The notes beneath the pieces were generated by a model that searched no databases, was not told the origin of the DNA, and was given only the letters and a program-made list of their open reading frames with translations. A stretch of 44,206 bases of DNA from Thermohalobaculum sp. (lineage in GTDB: Bacteria > Pseudomonadota > Alphaproteobacteria > Rhodobacterales > Rhodobacteraceae): positions 1 through 44,206 of the forward strand of contig DATKCY010000189.1 of the NCBI GenBank assembly GCA_035512995.1, written 5' to 3'. Shown here piece by piece: positions 1 through 9,951 of the stretch. The position numbers and the translations under genes were made by a program. How positions within the stretch are numbered: position 1 is the first letter of the stretch; each line of letters begins with the position of its first letter.

Positions 1-1019
1 AAGCCCTGGCCGACCGTGATGACCCGGGCCTCGTCGGGCAGACCCGTCAGCCAGATGCCGTCGGCGCGCGCCTGGACGATCGAGACCGTGTGGAACTGGA
101 CGGTGTTCTGCGGCGACACCGTCTTGACGCCGAGCCGCCCGTCGTCGTTCAGCGACAGGATCGCGGGCGTCAGGAAGTGCGCCTCGATCTCGCCGGTCGG
201 GATGCGCACCTCGGCGCTGATGCCCGACGGGATCGAGCGGTCGGCATTGGGCGTGCGCACCTCGACCCGGAAGGTGCGGGTGCCGGGGTCGGCCGCGACC
301 GAGATCACGCAGACGCGGCCGGCCTCGCGTGCGCCGGTCGCGTACTGTACGTCCGCCGGCGCCCCCACCTCGACCCGCGAAATGCTCTGCTGGGGCACGC
401 GAACCTCGACCCTGAGAGGCGCGTTGTCGATGAGCGTCGCGACCTCCTCGCCGAGCTCGACGACCTCGCCGACGCGGCGCTCGATCTCATCGACCACGCC
501 GTCGAACGGCGCCAGGATCGTCGTGTCGGCGACCTGCTGCTCGATCGTCGCCACCTCGGCGCGGGCCTCCTCGAGCGCCGAGCGCAGCTCGCGGATGCGC
601 TCGGCGGTCGCGTAGCCCTTCTCCTGGAGCGAGATCCCGGCGTCATAGTCCGCCTGCCGCTGTTCGAGCCGCGCCTCGGCCTCGGCGAGCCTGCTCGCGC
701 GCTCGTCGAGCGCCAGCGTCATGATCGGATCGCCGGCCGCGACCGTCTGCCCCTCCTCGACCGCGATCGACTCGATCCGGCCATCGGCCTCGCTGCGGAT
801 CCCGGCGCTGCGATAGGCGCGGGTGTCGCCCTGGACGAGGATCGAGCGCTGCACCGGCTCGGCGCGCGAGACGGCGGTGTCGACGGTCACCGGCTTCGGC
901 GCGGCGCCATTCGTCGCGGCGGGCGCCGCGGGCTCGTCCGGCGCCATCATGCCGCTTGCCATCCAGCCGGTGATGCCGACGACGAGCGCTGCCGCGATAT
1001 AGGTCGATTTCCGTGCCAT
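1..1019 (-). CDS. RND efflux periplasmic adaptor (membrane fusion protein), runs off the left edge
   Basis: Not in the ORF track; translated by hand from ATG at 1019: MARKSTYIAAALVVGITGWMASG (membrane anchor), ADGRIESIAVEEGQTVAAGDPI and ILAPFDGVV (lipoyl-like halves) around a helical hairpin, ADPGTRTFRVEV. Confidence 0.9.
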   Translation of the reverse strand, partial: MARKSTYIAAALVVGITGWMASGMMAPDEPAAPAATNGAAPKPVTVDTAVSRAEPVQRSILVQGDTRAYRSAGIRSEADGRIESIAVEEGQTVAAGDPIMTLALDERASRLAEAEARLEQRQADYDAGISLQEKGYATAERIRELRSALEEARAEVATIEQQVADTTILAPFDGVVDEIERRVGEVVELGEEVATLIDNAPLRVEVRVPQQSISRVEVGAPADVQYATGAREAGRVCVISVAADPGTRTFRVEVRTPNADRSIPSGISAEVRIPTGEIEAHFLTPAILSLNDDGRLGVKTVSPQNTVQFHTVSIVQARADGIWLTGLPDEARVITVGQG

Positions 1020-1053
1020 TCGTTCCGCCTTCGCGGCGCCCGCGTGCCGGGCG

Positions 1054-1542
1054 CTACCGCTCCTGCCGCGCCAGCGCCGCGAGCAGGGTGCGCGTGTTCT
1101 CCCCGGCGCTCGCATAGAAATCCCTGAGCTCGTCGAGCCGTCGCCGCGCGCCCTCCCAGTCGGCGGGCACGTCGCGCGCCGCCTTCTCGGCCGCCGCGGA
1201 CGCCCGCGCCATCCGCTCGACAACACCCTCGAGCAGCCGGCGATACGGGGCCTCGGCGAGCCGGAAATAGTCCTGCCGGTCGCCGGGCATGCTGGTTCGC
1301 TCGATCACGCCCAGCCCCTCGAGCAGCCGCGTGTTGTTGCTGACGCTGGCACGGCTGATCTGCAGCCGCTCACCGAGCTCGCTGAAGCTGACCGGGCCGC
1401 CGTGGATCACGAAGAAGCCCATCAGCCGCCCGGCGATCGGCGGCAGGCCGTCCGCCTGCGCGACAACCCCCATGCGGTCGATGAAGTCGGCGACGGCGTC
1501 GTCCGCCGTCTCCGCCGCCTGTGCCTGCCCGTGCATTGACAT
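1054..1542 (-). CDS. GbsR/MarR-family transcriptional regulator
   Basis: GLPPIAGRLMGFF..SFSELGERLQISRASVSNNTRLLEGLGVIER..PGDRQDYF winged helix; ATG at 1542 follows a GGAGG. Confidence 0.85.
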   Translation of the reverse strand: MSMHGQAQAAETADDAVADFIDRMGVVAQADGLPPIAGRLMGFFVIHGGPVSFSELGERLQISRASVSNNTRLLEGLGVIERTSMPGDRQDYFRLAEAPYRRLLEGVVERMARASAAAEKAARDVPADWEGARRRLDELRDFYASAGENTRTLLAALARQER

Positions 1543-1584
1543 GGTCCACCTCCGCGCGCGTCCGCCAATTGGGGCGTTCATATC

Positions 1585-1602
1585 GTTCAGTCAAGACTGA
1601 AC
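1585..1602. promoter_or_regulatory. Perfect inverted repeat GTTCAGTC-AA-GACTGAAC, probable operator of the GbsR-like repressor
   Basis: 8-2-8 palindrome about 43 bp upstream of the regulator start, in a relatively AT-rich patch. Confidence 0.7.
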
Positions 1603-1690
1603 TCGCGCATTCGAGGAAGCCGGACTGCCTCCGCCGGCCGCGCGGGGGCCCGGGATCAGAAGCTTCCCTCGGCTCCTTTCCGCGTGAGGG

Positions 1691-2122
1691 TCAGCCGCGG
1701 CCGATCCGCGGCAGCGCCGGCGCGCCCTCCGGCACCGCCTCGATCGTCACCAGCGCCTGCGCCCAGGGGTGGTCGTCGGTGATCGTCACGTGGATGCGGG
1801 CCTCGTGCCCGGGCGGGGTCATCGCGGCGAGCCGCTCGGCCGCCCAGCCCGTCAGCTCCATGGTCGGCTGGCCGGTGTGCAGGTTGCGCGTTCCCATGTC
1901 TCGCCAGGCGATGCCCATGCGGAGCCCGGTGCCGAGGGCCTTCGAGCAGGCCTCCTTCGCCGCCCAGCGCTTGGCATAGGAGGCGGTCCGCTCGCGCCGC
2001 CGCTCCGAGCGCCGCTTCTCGACCTCGGTGAACACCCGGTCGAGGAAGCGGTCGCCGAAGCGCGCGATCGTTCCCTCGATCCGCTCGATGTTGCAGAGAT
2101 CGGTGCCGGTGCCGAGGATCAT
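1691..2122 (-). CDS. acpS: Holo-ACP synthase
   Basis: [31 protein letters not shown] motifs; follows pdxJ. Confidence 0.96.
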   Translation of the reverse strand: MILGTGTDLCNIERIEGTIARFGDRFLDRVFTEVEKRRSERRRERTASYAKRWAAKEACSKALGTGLRMGIAWRDMGTRNLHTGQPTMELTGWAAERLAAMTPPGHEARIHVTITDDHPWAQALVTIEAVPEGAPALPRIGRG

Positions 2123-2186
2123 GGCGTCAATGGAACGAGGCGCGCGGGCAGCGTCCCGCGCGCAGACCGGACGGCCGACTGTCGCG

Positions 2187-2975
2187 TCACGCCGCGCCCT
2201 CGCCGAAGGCGTCGCGGCGGGCGCGGTCCATCAGCTCGCGCATCCGGCGGATGGCGCTGTCGAGGCCGGAGAAGATCGCCTCGCCGATCAGGAAATGCCC
2301 GATATTGAGCTCCATTACCTCGGGCAGGACGGCGACCGGAGCAACCGTCTCGAACGTCAGGCCGTGGCCTGCATGGACCTCGAGGCCGAGCTCGTGCGCG
2401 TAGGCGGCCATGTCGCGGAGGCGCCCGAGCTCCGCATCGCGGTCGTCCGTGCGGCCCTCGGCATGGGCGTCGCAATAGGCGCCGGTGTGGAGCTCGACCA
2501 CGGGCGCGCCGATGCGCTCGGCAGCCTCGATCTGCCGGCGGTCGGCGGCGATGAAGATCGAGACGCGGCAGCCCGCCTCCGCCAGCGGCGCGATGAAGTG
2601 CGCGAGCCGGTTCTCGTCCTGCGCGACCTCGAGCCCGCCCTCGGTCGTCCGCTCCGCGCGCTTTTCCGGCACGATGCAGACCGCGTGCGGCTTGTGGCGG
2701 AGCGCGATCGCCTGCATCTCGTCGGTCGCGGCCATCTCGAGGTTGAGCGGCAGGCCGATGCCATCCATCAGCGCCTCGATGTCGCCGTCGGTGATGTGGC
2801 GCCGGTCCTCGCGCAGATGCGCGGTGATGCCGTCGGCGCCGGCCTCCTCGGCCACGCGCGCGGCGCGCAGCGGGTCGGGCAGCCCGCCGCCGCGGGCGTT
2901 CCGGATGGTCGCCACATGGTCGATGTTCACGCCGAGGCGGAGCCGGCCGAGCGGCCGCGGGGTGCGGTCAGACAT
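2187..2975 (-). CDS. pdxJ: Pyridoxine 5'-phosphate synthase
   Basis: [32 protein letters not shown]; start moved to ATG 2975, which has a GGAGG. Confidence 0.97.
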   Translation of the reverse strand: MSDRTPRPLGRLRLGVNIDHVATIRNARGGGLPDPLRAARVAEEAGADGITAHLREDRRHITDGDIEALMDGIGLPLNLEMAATDEMQAIALRHKPHAVCIVPEKRAERTTEGGLEVAQDENRLAHFIAPLAEAGCRVSIFIAADRRQIEAAERIGAPVVELHTGAYCDAHAEGRTDDRDAELGRLRDMAAYAHELGLEVHAGHGLTFETVAPVAVLPEVMELNIGHFLIGEAIFSGLDSAIRRMRELMDRARRDAFGEGAA

Positions 2976-3567
2976 TGTCGTCCTCCGAATCGTGCATCTC
3001 GTAGGCCTCCTGCTCGCGCGCGGCCATCGCGCGGCGCCGCTTCGCCTGCTCGGCCAGACGGTCGTTCCGGCGCTTCTGGTAGGCTGCGACCAGCGGCCGG
3101 CACACAATGTAGCAGATCACCGCGATCGCCAGCCCCGGCAGCACGCCGCCGACCAGATAGGGCAGGAAGATCAGGTCGAGATTGTCCCAGAGCCACGAAA
3201 AGGAGAAGCCTCCCGCGTCCTCGACCGGGTCGATCCCCAGCATCCACCAGCCGAGATTGAGGGCGGCGGTGGCGATGAAGGGAAAGGTAACGGGATTGCC
3301 GACCGCGGTCCCCAGCAGCGCCGCGAGCACGTTCCCGCGGAAGATCCAGGCGAGCGCGCCGGCAACGATGAAGTGAAAGAAAAACAGGGGGGTGAACGAC
3401 ACGAACGCGCCGCAGGCGAAGCCGAGCGCGATCCGCTCCGGCGTGTCCGGCAGCCGCTGCATCCGCTTGTTGACGTAGCCAACCAAGCGCCACCAGCCCT
3501 TGCGCGGATAGGCAGACTCGCGCACGCGGCTCCAGAAGGGAGGGTGCTGCCGCCGCTTGAACCGCAT
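2968..3567 (-). CDS. DUF2062 membrane protein
   Basis: [43 protein letters not shown]; usual position between rel and pdxJ. Confidence 0.88.
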   Translation of the reverse strand: MRFKRRQHPPFWSRVRESAYPRKGWWRLVGYVNKRMQRLPDTPERIALGFACGAFVSFTPLFFFHFIVAGALAWIFRGNVLAALLGTAVGNPVTFPFIATAALNLGWWMLGIDPVEDAGGFSFSWLWDNLDLIFLPYLVGGVLPGLAIAVICYIVCRPLVAAYQKRRNDRLAEQAKRRRAMAAREQEAYEMHDSEDDNV

Positions 3568-3590
3568 TGCGTGCCGTGCCCTGCCTGCGG

Positions 3591-5786
3591 CTACTGGACG
3601 GACGGGGTTCGGCCGAGCGGCAGGCGCGGCTGGGGCGGTGCGACCGGCGCCTCGATCTCGTCCGGCGCGCCGACCACCCGTTCGGCATGGCTCACGAAGC
3701 TTTGCGCGCGGAGCGCCGTCAGGATGTCGTGCAGGTGCTTCACGTCCCGGACCTCGAGGTCGATGGTCATGCGGAAGAAGTCGGGCTTGCGCTTCAGCAC
3801 CTCGAGGTTGTCGATGTTCGCGTGCTGCTCGCCGATCAGCGTGCAGACGGTCCCGAGCGTGCCGGGCGAGTTCGACATGGTGACCGCGATCCGCGCAACA
3901 TTGGTCGCCCGCGCGCTCGCCTCGGGGTCCCAGCGAAGATCGTGCCAGCGGCCGAGATCGTCCTCGAACTCGGCGAGCTCGGCGCAGGAGATGGCATGCA
4001 CGACGATGCCGTCGCGACGCGCGAGTCCGATGATCCGGTCGCCTGGCAACGGCCAGCACTGGCTGCAGAAGGTGATCGGCTGGCCGCGGCGGACGCCGCG
4101 GACGCGGGCGGCCGGGGGCGCCGCTTCCTCGGGCTCCGGCAGCGCCTCGCCGGAGGGCTGGATCGGGTAGACCGCCTCGACGAGCTGGCGTCCGGTGAGC
4201 TCGCCCTTGGCCAGCGCCACCATCATCGCGTCGACGGTCCCTTGCGCGAGGCGCGCGGCCGCGACCGCGAACGTCTTCTCGCCCGCCGAGCGGCCGGCGC
4301 GCTCGAAGCTCTGCGCCGCGAGGTCGCGGCCGAGCGCGATCTGCTCCTCGCGCAGCCGCGAGCGCACCGCCCGCCGGATCGCCTGCTTGGCGCGGCCCGT
4401 CGCGGCCATGTCCTCCCAGTGCGGCGAGGGCGTCTGCCCGACCGCGGTGATGACCTCGACCTGTTGGCCGTTCCGGAGCCGCGTCCAGAGCGGCACGCGG
4501 CGTCCGTCGACCAGCGCGCCGGCGCAGTGGTGGCCCACATTCGTGTGGATCGCGTAGGCGAAGTCGAGAGGCGTCGCGCCGCGCGGCAGGCCGACCACGT
4601 CGCCCTTCGGCGTGAAGCAGAAGACCTGGTCGGTAAACATGTCGAGCTTGACGTGCTCGAGGAACTCGTGCGGCTCGTCGCCCTTCTCGACCCGGTTCGC
4701 GAGGTCGCGCAGCCACTTGAAGGGGTCGACCACGAACGGGTTTCCGACCGGCTCGCCATCCTTGTAGGCCCAGTGGGCCGCGACGCCGGTCTCGGCGACC
4801 TCGTGCATCTGGCGCGTGCGGATCTGCATCTCGATCCGGGTGCCCTGCTTGCCGTAGACGGTGGTGTGGATCGAGCGGTAGCCGTTGGCCTTCGGCCCCG
4901 AGATATAGTCCTTGAAGCGGCCGGGGACGACCCGCCAGTGGCGGTGCACGGCGCCCAGCGCCTCGTAGCAGGCCTCCTCGGTGTCGCAGATGATGCGGAA
5001 GGCGTAGATGTCGGCCAGGCGCGAGAAGGTGATCTGCTTCTCCTCCATCTTCCGCCAGATCGAGTGGGGGCGCTTCTCGCGGCCCTGCACCTCGGCCTCG
5101 ATGCCGGCGTCCTCGAGCACGTCGCCGATCAGCGTCGAGATCTGCGGGATCAGGTCGCCGGTCTCGCGCTTCAGCCGCACGAAGCGGCGCAGGATCGCCT
5201 GGCGCGCGTCCGGGTGCAGCTCCTCGAAGCCGTGGTCCTCGAGCTCCTCGCGGATCGACTGCATGCCCATGCGGCCCGCGAGCGGCGCGTAGATGTCCAT
5301 CGTCTCCTGCGCGATCCGCCGGCGCTTCCCGGGCGTCAGGTGGTCGAGCGTGCGCATGTTGTGCAGCCGGTCGGCGAGCTTCACGAGGATCACGCGGACG
5401 TCGCGCGCCATCGCGAGCAGCAGCTTGCGGAAGTTCTCCGCCTGCGCCGTCTCGGTCGACGAGAGCTCGAGCTGGGTGAGCTTGGTGACGCCGTCCACGA
5501 GCTCGGCGACCTCCGGGCCGAACAGCCGCTCGAGCTCCTCGCGGGTCGCGCTGGTGTCCTCGAGCGTGTCGTGCAGGAGGGCCGTGACGATCGTCGCGTC
5601 GTCAAGCCGGAGGTCGGCGAGGATCGCCGCGACCTCGAGCGGATGGCCGAAATAGGGCTCGCCGCTCGCGCGTTTCTGGTCGGCGTGGGCGCGGGCGCCG
5701 AAGACGTAGGCGCGGTTCAGGAGCGCCTCGTCGGTGTTCGGATTGTATTCCCTGATCCGCTCGACGAGCTCGTACTGACGGATCAC
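3591..5786 (-). CDS. rel: Bifunctional (p)ppGpp synthetase/hydrolase (Rel/SpoT)
   Basis: HD hydrolase (ALLHDTLED, KLADRLHNMRT), synthetase (KDYISGPKANGYRSIHT), TGS and ACT domains. Confidence 0.97.
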   Translation of the reverse strand: MIRQYELVERIREYNPNTDEALLNRAYVFGARAHADQKRASGEPYFGHPLEVAAILADLRLDDATIVTALLHDTLEDTSATREELERLFGPEVAELVDGVTKLTQLELSSTETAQAENFRKLLLAMARDVRVILVKLADRLHNMRTLDHLTPGKRRRIAQETMDIYAPLAGRMGMQSIREELEDHGFEELHPDARQAILRRFVRLKRETGDLIPQISTLIGDVLEDAGIEAEVQGREKRPHSIWRKMEEKQITFSRLADIYAFRIICDTEEACYEALGAVHRHWRVVPGRFKDYISGPKANGYRSIHTTVYGKQGTRIEMQIRTRQMHEVAETGVAAHWAYKDGEPVGNPFVVDPFKWLRDLANRVEKGDEPHEFLEHVKLDMFTDQVFCFTPKGDVVGLPRGATPLDFAYAIHTNVGHHCAGALVDGRRVPLWTRLRNGQQVEVITAVGQTPSPHWEDMAATGRAKQAIRRAVRSRLREEQIALGRDLAAQSFERAGRSAGEKTFAVAAARLAQGTVDAMMVALAKGELTGRQLVEAVYPIQPSGEALPEPEEAAPPAARVRGVRRGQPITFCSQCWPLPGDRIIGLARRDGIVVHAISCAELAEFEDDLGRWHDLRWDPEASARATNVARIAVTMSNSPGTLGTVCTLIGEQHANIDNLEVLKRKPDFFRMTIDLEVRDVKHLHDILTALRAQSFVSHAERVVGAPDEIEAPVAPPQPRLPLGRTPSVQ

Positions 5787-5825
5787 TGGGGGTCGGTCCT
5801 CCGTCGGCCGCCCGCGGGCTTGGCC

Positions 5826-6203
5826 CTAGCGGCGGTCCTGCTCGGCCATCAGCGCCCGCAGCAGCTTTTCCTCGTCGATGTCGTCGGTCGGGGAGTGCTG
5901 CGACGGCTGGCTCGCCTGCTGCTCGGCGCCGCCGGCCATCAGGGCCGCCATGTTGTCCTCCTCCGGCTCGTCGACCTCGATGTGCCGCTGGTGGCTCTCG
6001 ATCGCCTGCTCGCGCAGCGCCTCGGGATCGACGGTGCCGTCGGCGATCTCGCGGAGCGCGACCACGGGGTTCTTGTCGTTGTCGCGGTCGATCGTGATCG
6101 CGGCGCCGGCCGACAGGCCACGCGCCCGGTGCGCGGCGAGCATCACGAGGTCGAACCGGTTCGGAACCTTCTCGACGCAATCTTCGACGGTAACGCGAGC
6201 CAT
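5826..6203 (-). CDS. rpoZ: RNA polymerase omega subunit
   Basis: [42 protein letters not shown]. Confidence 0.98.
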   Translation of the reverse strand: MARVTVEDCVEKVPNRFDLVMLAAHRARGLSAGAAITIDRDNDKNPVVALREIADGTVDPEALREQAIESHQRHIEVDEPEEDNMAALMAGGAEQQASQPSQHSPTDDIDEEKLLRALMAEQDRR

Positions 6204-6244
6204 CGCGGCCCTCCGATCGGCAGTTGAAATCCGGATTGCCGCTC

Positions 6245-6273
6245 AGATAACCGTCCGGCGCCTGCAATTCAAG
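6245..6273 (-). promoter_or_regulatory. Candidate RpoH-type promoter for rpoZ-rel (CTTGAA-N16-GTTATCT)
   Basis: Resembles the alphaproteobacterial RpoH consensus CTTGAA-N16-CCTATAT; the -35 element contains the folK stop codon. Confidence 0.5.
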
Positions 6274-7129
6274 CGTCATCGGGGTCCGGTGCCGGCGGTC
6301 GGAGGGGCGTCTGCCAGGCAGCGGGGGCGAGGTCGAATTCCCGCTCCGCCTGAGCGAGCGCGTCGGCGAGGCAGGTGTGCCAGGTGTCGGTGACCTCGCG
6401 TCCGCCGGCGTCGAGATAGCGGAGCTCGACGCCCCGGGCGCCGGGGAGCCTCACGATCTGGAGCGCGTGGAAGCGGGCCCGGGACACGCCGCCGATGGTG
6501 TGGCGGGTGCGTGACCCTCGGCCGTCGGGGCCTAGCTCGACCGCGCGCAGCACCTGCGGGCGCGGCGGCAGCGGCGCCACCGCGGCGCGCTCCTCGGCGG
6601 GCAGGGCCTCGAGAAGCTCCGCGGCCGTCCGGTCGAGCACGGGGTGGCGCCAGTCAGGCGCGACCTCGGCGAGCGGGACCAGGACGAAGGCGCGCTCTGC
6701 CAGCCGCGGATGCGGCAGGATCAGCCGCTCGGGCGTCCGAGCCGACGCCTCCTCCGGGCCGAGCCCGCGCCACGCCGCCTCGGCCGCGGCATCGGGCAGC
6801 ACACGGTCGCCTGCCGCAAGGAAGTCGAGGTCCATCGCCCGCGGTCCCCACCGTGCCGCGCGCACCCGCCCGAGCCGCGCCTCGACCGCGTGCAGGCAGG
6901 CGAGGAGCGCGGCCGGATCCGATCCGTCGCCCTCGGCCCATGCGGCCGCGTTGACGAAGTCGGGGCCCGCGCCCGGCGGATAGGCCTCGGAACGGTATAG
7001 CCGGCTCGTCGCGAGCAGGCGGAGCCCGCAGCCTTCCTCGAGAAGGTCGAATGCCGCGGCGACGCTGGCGGCCGGAGACCCGGCCGGACCGGCGAGGTTG
7101 GCGCCCGCGGCGATGAAAAGCGGTGTCAT
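6269..7129 (-). CDS. folK: HPPK (FolK) with an extra ~95-aa C-terminal domain
   Basis: [62 protein letters not shown]; start at ATG 7129. Confidence 0.92.
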   Translation of the reverse strand: MTPLFIAAGANLAGPAGSPAASVAAAFDLLEEGCGLRLLATSRLYRSEAYPPGAGPDFVNAAAWAEGDGSDPAALLACLHAVEARLGRVRAARWGPRAMDLDFLAAGDRVLPDAAAEAAWRGLGPEEASARTPERLILPHPRLAERAFVLVPLAEVAPDWRHPVLDRTAAELLEALPAEERAAVAPLPPRPQVLRAVELGPDGRGSRTRHTIGGVSRARFHALQIVRLPGARGVELRYLDAGGREVTDTWHTCLADALAQAEREFDLAPAAWQTPLRPPAPDPDDA

Positions 7130-7270
7130 TTTCTTTCGCTCACCGATTGCCTTTCGCCAATCTCCCGCGCATATACGGCTTTGGCCCGGTTCCATAGATG
7201 AAGACGACGACGCCCCGAGCTGGGCGGGATCCGTGCCGTGCACGACTGCTTGAGTGATTAGAGGGATCCC

Positions 7271-7858
7271 ATGTTCTATCGCGATGAGCGCCTCGCATTG
7301 TTCATTGACGGGGCTAATATTTACGCCGCGACCAGGGCGCTTGGCTTCGACATCGACTACAAGCTGCTGCGCGCCGAATTCATGCGTCGCGGCAAGCTCG
7401 TGCGGGCCTTCTACTACACGGCGCTCGTCGACTCCGAGGAATACTCGCCGATCCGCCCGCTGATCGACTGGCTCGACTACAACGGCTTCATGCTGGTGAC
7501 CAAGCCCGCGAAGGAGTTCACCGACTCCAGCGGCCGGCGCAAGGTCAAGGGCAACATGGACATCGAGCTCGCCTGCGACGCGATGGAGATGGCCGAACGC
7601 GTCGAGCACATCGTGCTGTTCTCGGGCGACGGCGACTTCCGCTCGCTGGTGGCGGCGCTGCAGAGAAAGGGCGTGCGCGTGTCGGTCGTCTCGACGATCC
7701 GCTCACAGCCGCCGATGATCGCGGACGACCTGCGCCGTCAGGCCGACAACTTCATCGAGCTCGAGGAGCTGAAGGACGTGATCGGCCGGCCGCCGCGGCA
7801 GCCGCAGAACGGCGGCCAGTCGCCGCGCGAGCCGACCCCGGCGGATGCCGACGAGTAG
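7271..7858 (+). CDS. NYN (LabA/DUF88) domain protein
   Basis: [30 protein letters not shown]; usual divergent neighbour of folK. Confidence 0.93.
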   Translation: MFYRDERLALFIDGANIYAATRALGFDIDYKLLRAEFMRRGKLVRAFYYTALVDSEEYSPIRPLIDWLDYNGFMLVTKPAKEFTDSSGRRKVKGNMDIELACDAMEMAERVEHIVLFSGDGDFRSLVAALQRKGVRVSVVSTIRSQPPMIADDLRRQADNFIELEELKDVIGRPPRQPQNGGQSPREPTPADADE

Positions 7859-8510
7859 GACCGGCCCCGCCGCGCCCGAAGCTCCACCCGACTGCGCGCT
7901 CTGCCCGCGCCTCGTCGACTATCGCGACGAGGTGCGGGGCCGGCACCCCGAGTGGTACAATGGCGCGGTCCGCAGCTTTGGCGACCTGGACGCGCGGCTC
8001 CTGATCGTCGGGCTCGCGCCCGGCGTCTCGGGGGCCAATCGCACCGGCCGGCCCTTCACCGGCGACTGGGCGGGCGACCTGCTCTACCCGACGCTCGCGC
8101 GCTTCGGGTTCGCGAACGGGCGGTTTGCGGCCAACCCGGACGACGGGCTGAAGCTTCGGGACGCGATGATCACCAACGCCGTCCGCTGCGTGCCGCCGAA
8201 GAACCGCCCGACGGGCGCCGAGGTCAACACCTGCCGCGCCTTCCTGGCCGCCCGCATCGCCGCCCTGCCGCGGCTCCGGCACATCGTGACGCTCGGGCGG
8301 ATCGCGCACGACTCGACGGTGCGCGCGCTCGGCGCCCGGCCGGCGGCGCATCCCTTCGGTCACGGTGCCGAAAGCCGGATCGGCGCGCTCGGGCTCACCG
8401 CCAGCTATCACTGCTCGCGCTACAACACGAACACCGGCCGGCTCACGCCCGCGATGTTCGAGGCGGTGTTCGCGGCCGCGCGCCAGGCGCTGGACACCGA
8501 GACCCGCTGA
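7845..8510 (+). CDS. Uracil-DNA glycosylase, family 5-like (4Fe-4S)
   Basis: CALCPRL, GLAPG..GANRTGRPFTGD, NAVRCVPPKNRP..C, HCSRYN. Confidence 0.9.
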   Translation: MPTSRTGPAAPEAPPDCALCPRLVDYRDEVRGRHPEWYNGAVRSFGDLDARLLIVGLAPGVSGANRTGRPFTGDWAGDLLYPTLARFGFANGRFAANPDDGLKLRDAMITNAVRCVPPKNRPTGAEVNTCRAFLAARIAALPRLRHIVTLGRIAHDSTVRALGARPAAHPFGHGAESRIGALGLTASYHCSRYNTNTGRLTPAMFEAVFAAARQALDTETR

Positions 8511-8591
8511 TGCGGCAAAGCCGTCGGCGGCCTTGCGCTCGGCCCGGTGCCGCCGCATCCTCCGCGCGGGTCAAAACTCCGGGAGACACCG

Positions 8592-8990
8592 ATGCGCCTC
8601 GCCCCGCCCCTGACTGCCGCCGCCTTCGGCCTCCTCGCCCTCGGCGCCTGCGCGCCCGAGCCGCCGGCGGCGCCGCCACCGACCGAGGTGGGGCCGGCGG
8701 CCGCGTTCAGCGGCGGCGGCGAGATGCCCTGCTCGGCCGGCGCGCCGACCTATGACGCGAGCTGCGTCTTCGGCATCAGCCGGGGTGCCGGCGGCGCAGC
8801 GGCGCTGCAGGTCCGAAACCCGGCCGCCGAGCCGATCGGCATCCAGCGCGTGCTGCTCTTGCAGAACGAGGTCTGGACCACCCTCGACGGCAGCATTGCC
8901 GAGAGCGAGCGCACCGAGGACGCGACGCTTGTCGTCGTCGACGAGACCGAGTTCTACGCGGTGCCGCACGCCGCCCTGACCGGCGGCTGA
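8592..8990 (+). CDS. Hypothetical lipoprotein
   Basis: Signal peptide with lipobox LGAC, Pro-rich linker, two-Cys domain ending FYAVPHAALTGG; GGGAGA upstream. Confidence 0.75.
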   Translation: MRLAPPLTAAAFGLLALGACAPEPPAAPPPTEVGPAAAFSGGGEMPCSAGAPTYDASCVFGISRGAGGAAALQVRNPAAEPIGIQRVLLLQNEVWTTLDGSIAESERTEDATLVVVDETEFYAVPHAALTGG

Positions 8991-9004
8991 TCCCGCGGGC
9001 AGCC

Positions 9005-9877
9005 GTGTCGACGGCGGCGGCCGGGCACCGGCTCAACCTGTCTGCCGCCGCGGCCTCGATCGCGGTGGCGGTGTGCCTCGTGACCCTCAAGCTGTGGGCG
9101 CTCACGACCACGGGCGCGCTGTCGATCGGCGCGAGCCTCGCCGATTCGGTGATCGACCTCGCGATCGCGCTCGCGAACCTCGCGGCGCTCCGCTACGCCG
9201 TGCTGCCGCCGGACGAGGCGCACCGCTTCGGCCATACGGCCATCGAGGACATCGCGGCGCTCGCGCAGTCGGTCCTGGTGATCGGCTCGGGCCTCCTTAT
9301 CCTCTGGGGCGTCGGGCTGAGGCTCGCCAACCCCCGGCCGCTGACCGACGAAGGGGTGGGGCTCGCCGTCATGCTGGTCGCGAGCGCGCTGACGACGGCC
9401 CTTGTGCTCTGGCAGCGGCGGGTCGCGCGCCGGACCGGCTCGCGCATCGTGGCGGCGGACTCGATGCACTATGTCGCGGACCTGCTGCCGAACCTCGCGG
9501 CGATCGTCGCGCTCGCAGCCTCGGCGGCGTTCGGCGTCAGCGGGCTCGACTCGCTGCTCGCGGCGCTGGCGGCGCTCTGGCTCATGCGCTCCGGCGTCCG
9601 GCTCGGGCGCGCCAGCGTCGATGCGCTGATGGACCGCGAGGCGCCGGAGGAGACGGTGGCGCGCATCCGCGCGGCGGTCGGGGGCGTGCCGGGGCTCCGC
9701 GGCACGCACGACCTCAAGACCCGCATGTCGGGCACCAAGCTGTTCGTCCAGTTCCACGCCGAGGTCGAAGGGGCGACGCCGCTCGCCGACGCGCACGAGG
9801 TCGGCGAGGAGGCGCGCCGCCGGATCCTCGCCGCCTGCCCGGGGGCGGAGGTCATCATCCACAAGGATCCGGTGTAA
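9005..9877 (+). CDS. Cation diffusion facilitator transporter (FieF-like)
   Basis: ADSVID and HYVAD metal-site motifs, PPDEAHRFGH, C-terminal HDLKTR and IIHKDP. Confidence 0.92.
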   Translation: MSTAAAGHRLNLSAAAASIAVAVCLVTLKLWALTTTGALSIGASLADSVIDLAIALANLAALRYAVLPPDEAHRFGHTAIEDIAALAQSVLVIGSGLLILWGVGLRLANPRPLTDEGVGLAVMLVASALTTALVLWQRRVARRTGSRIVAADSMHYVADLLPNLAAIVALAASAAFGVSGLDSLLAALAALWLMRSGVRLGRASVDALMDREAPEETVARIRAAVGGVPGLRGTHDLKTRMSGTKLFVQFHAEVEGATPLADAHEVGEEARRRILAACPGAEVIIHKDPV

Positions 9878-9951
9878 GGGACGGAAAGGACGGGACAGGG
9901 GCCGCTTCTTCGGCCTAGAACGACGTCCCCTCTCGCCGTGGTCCGGGTCCG

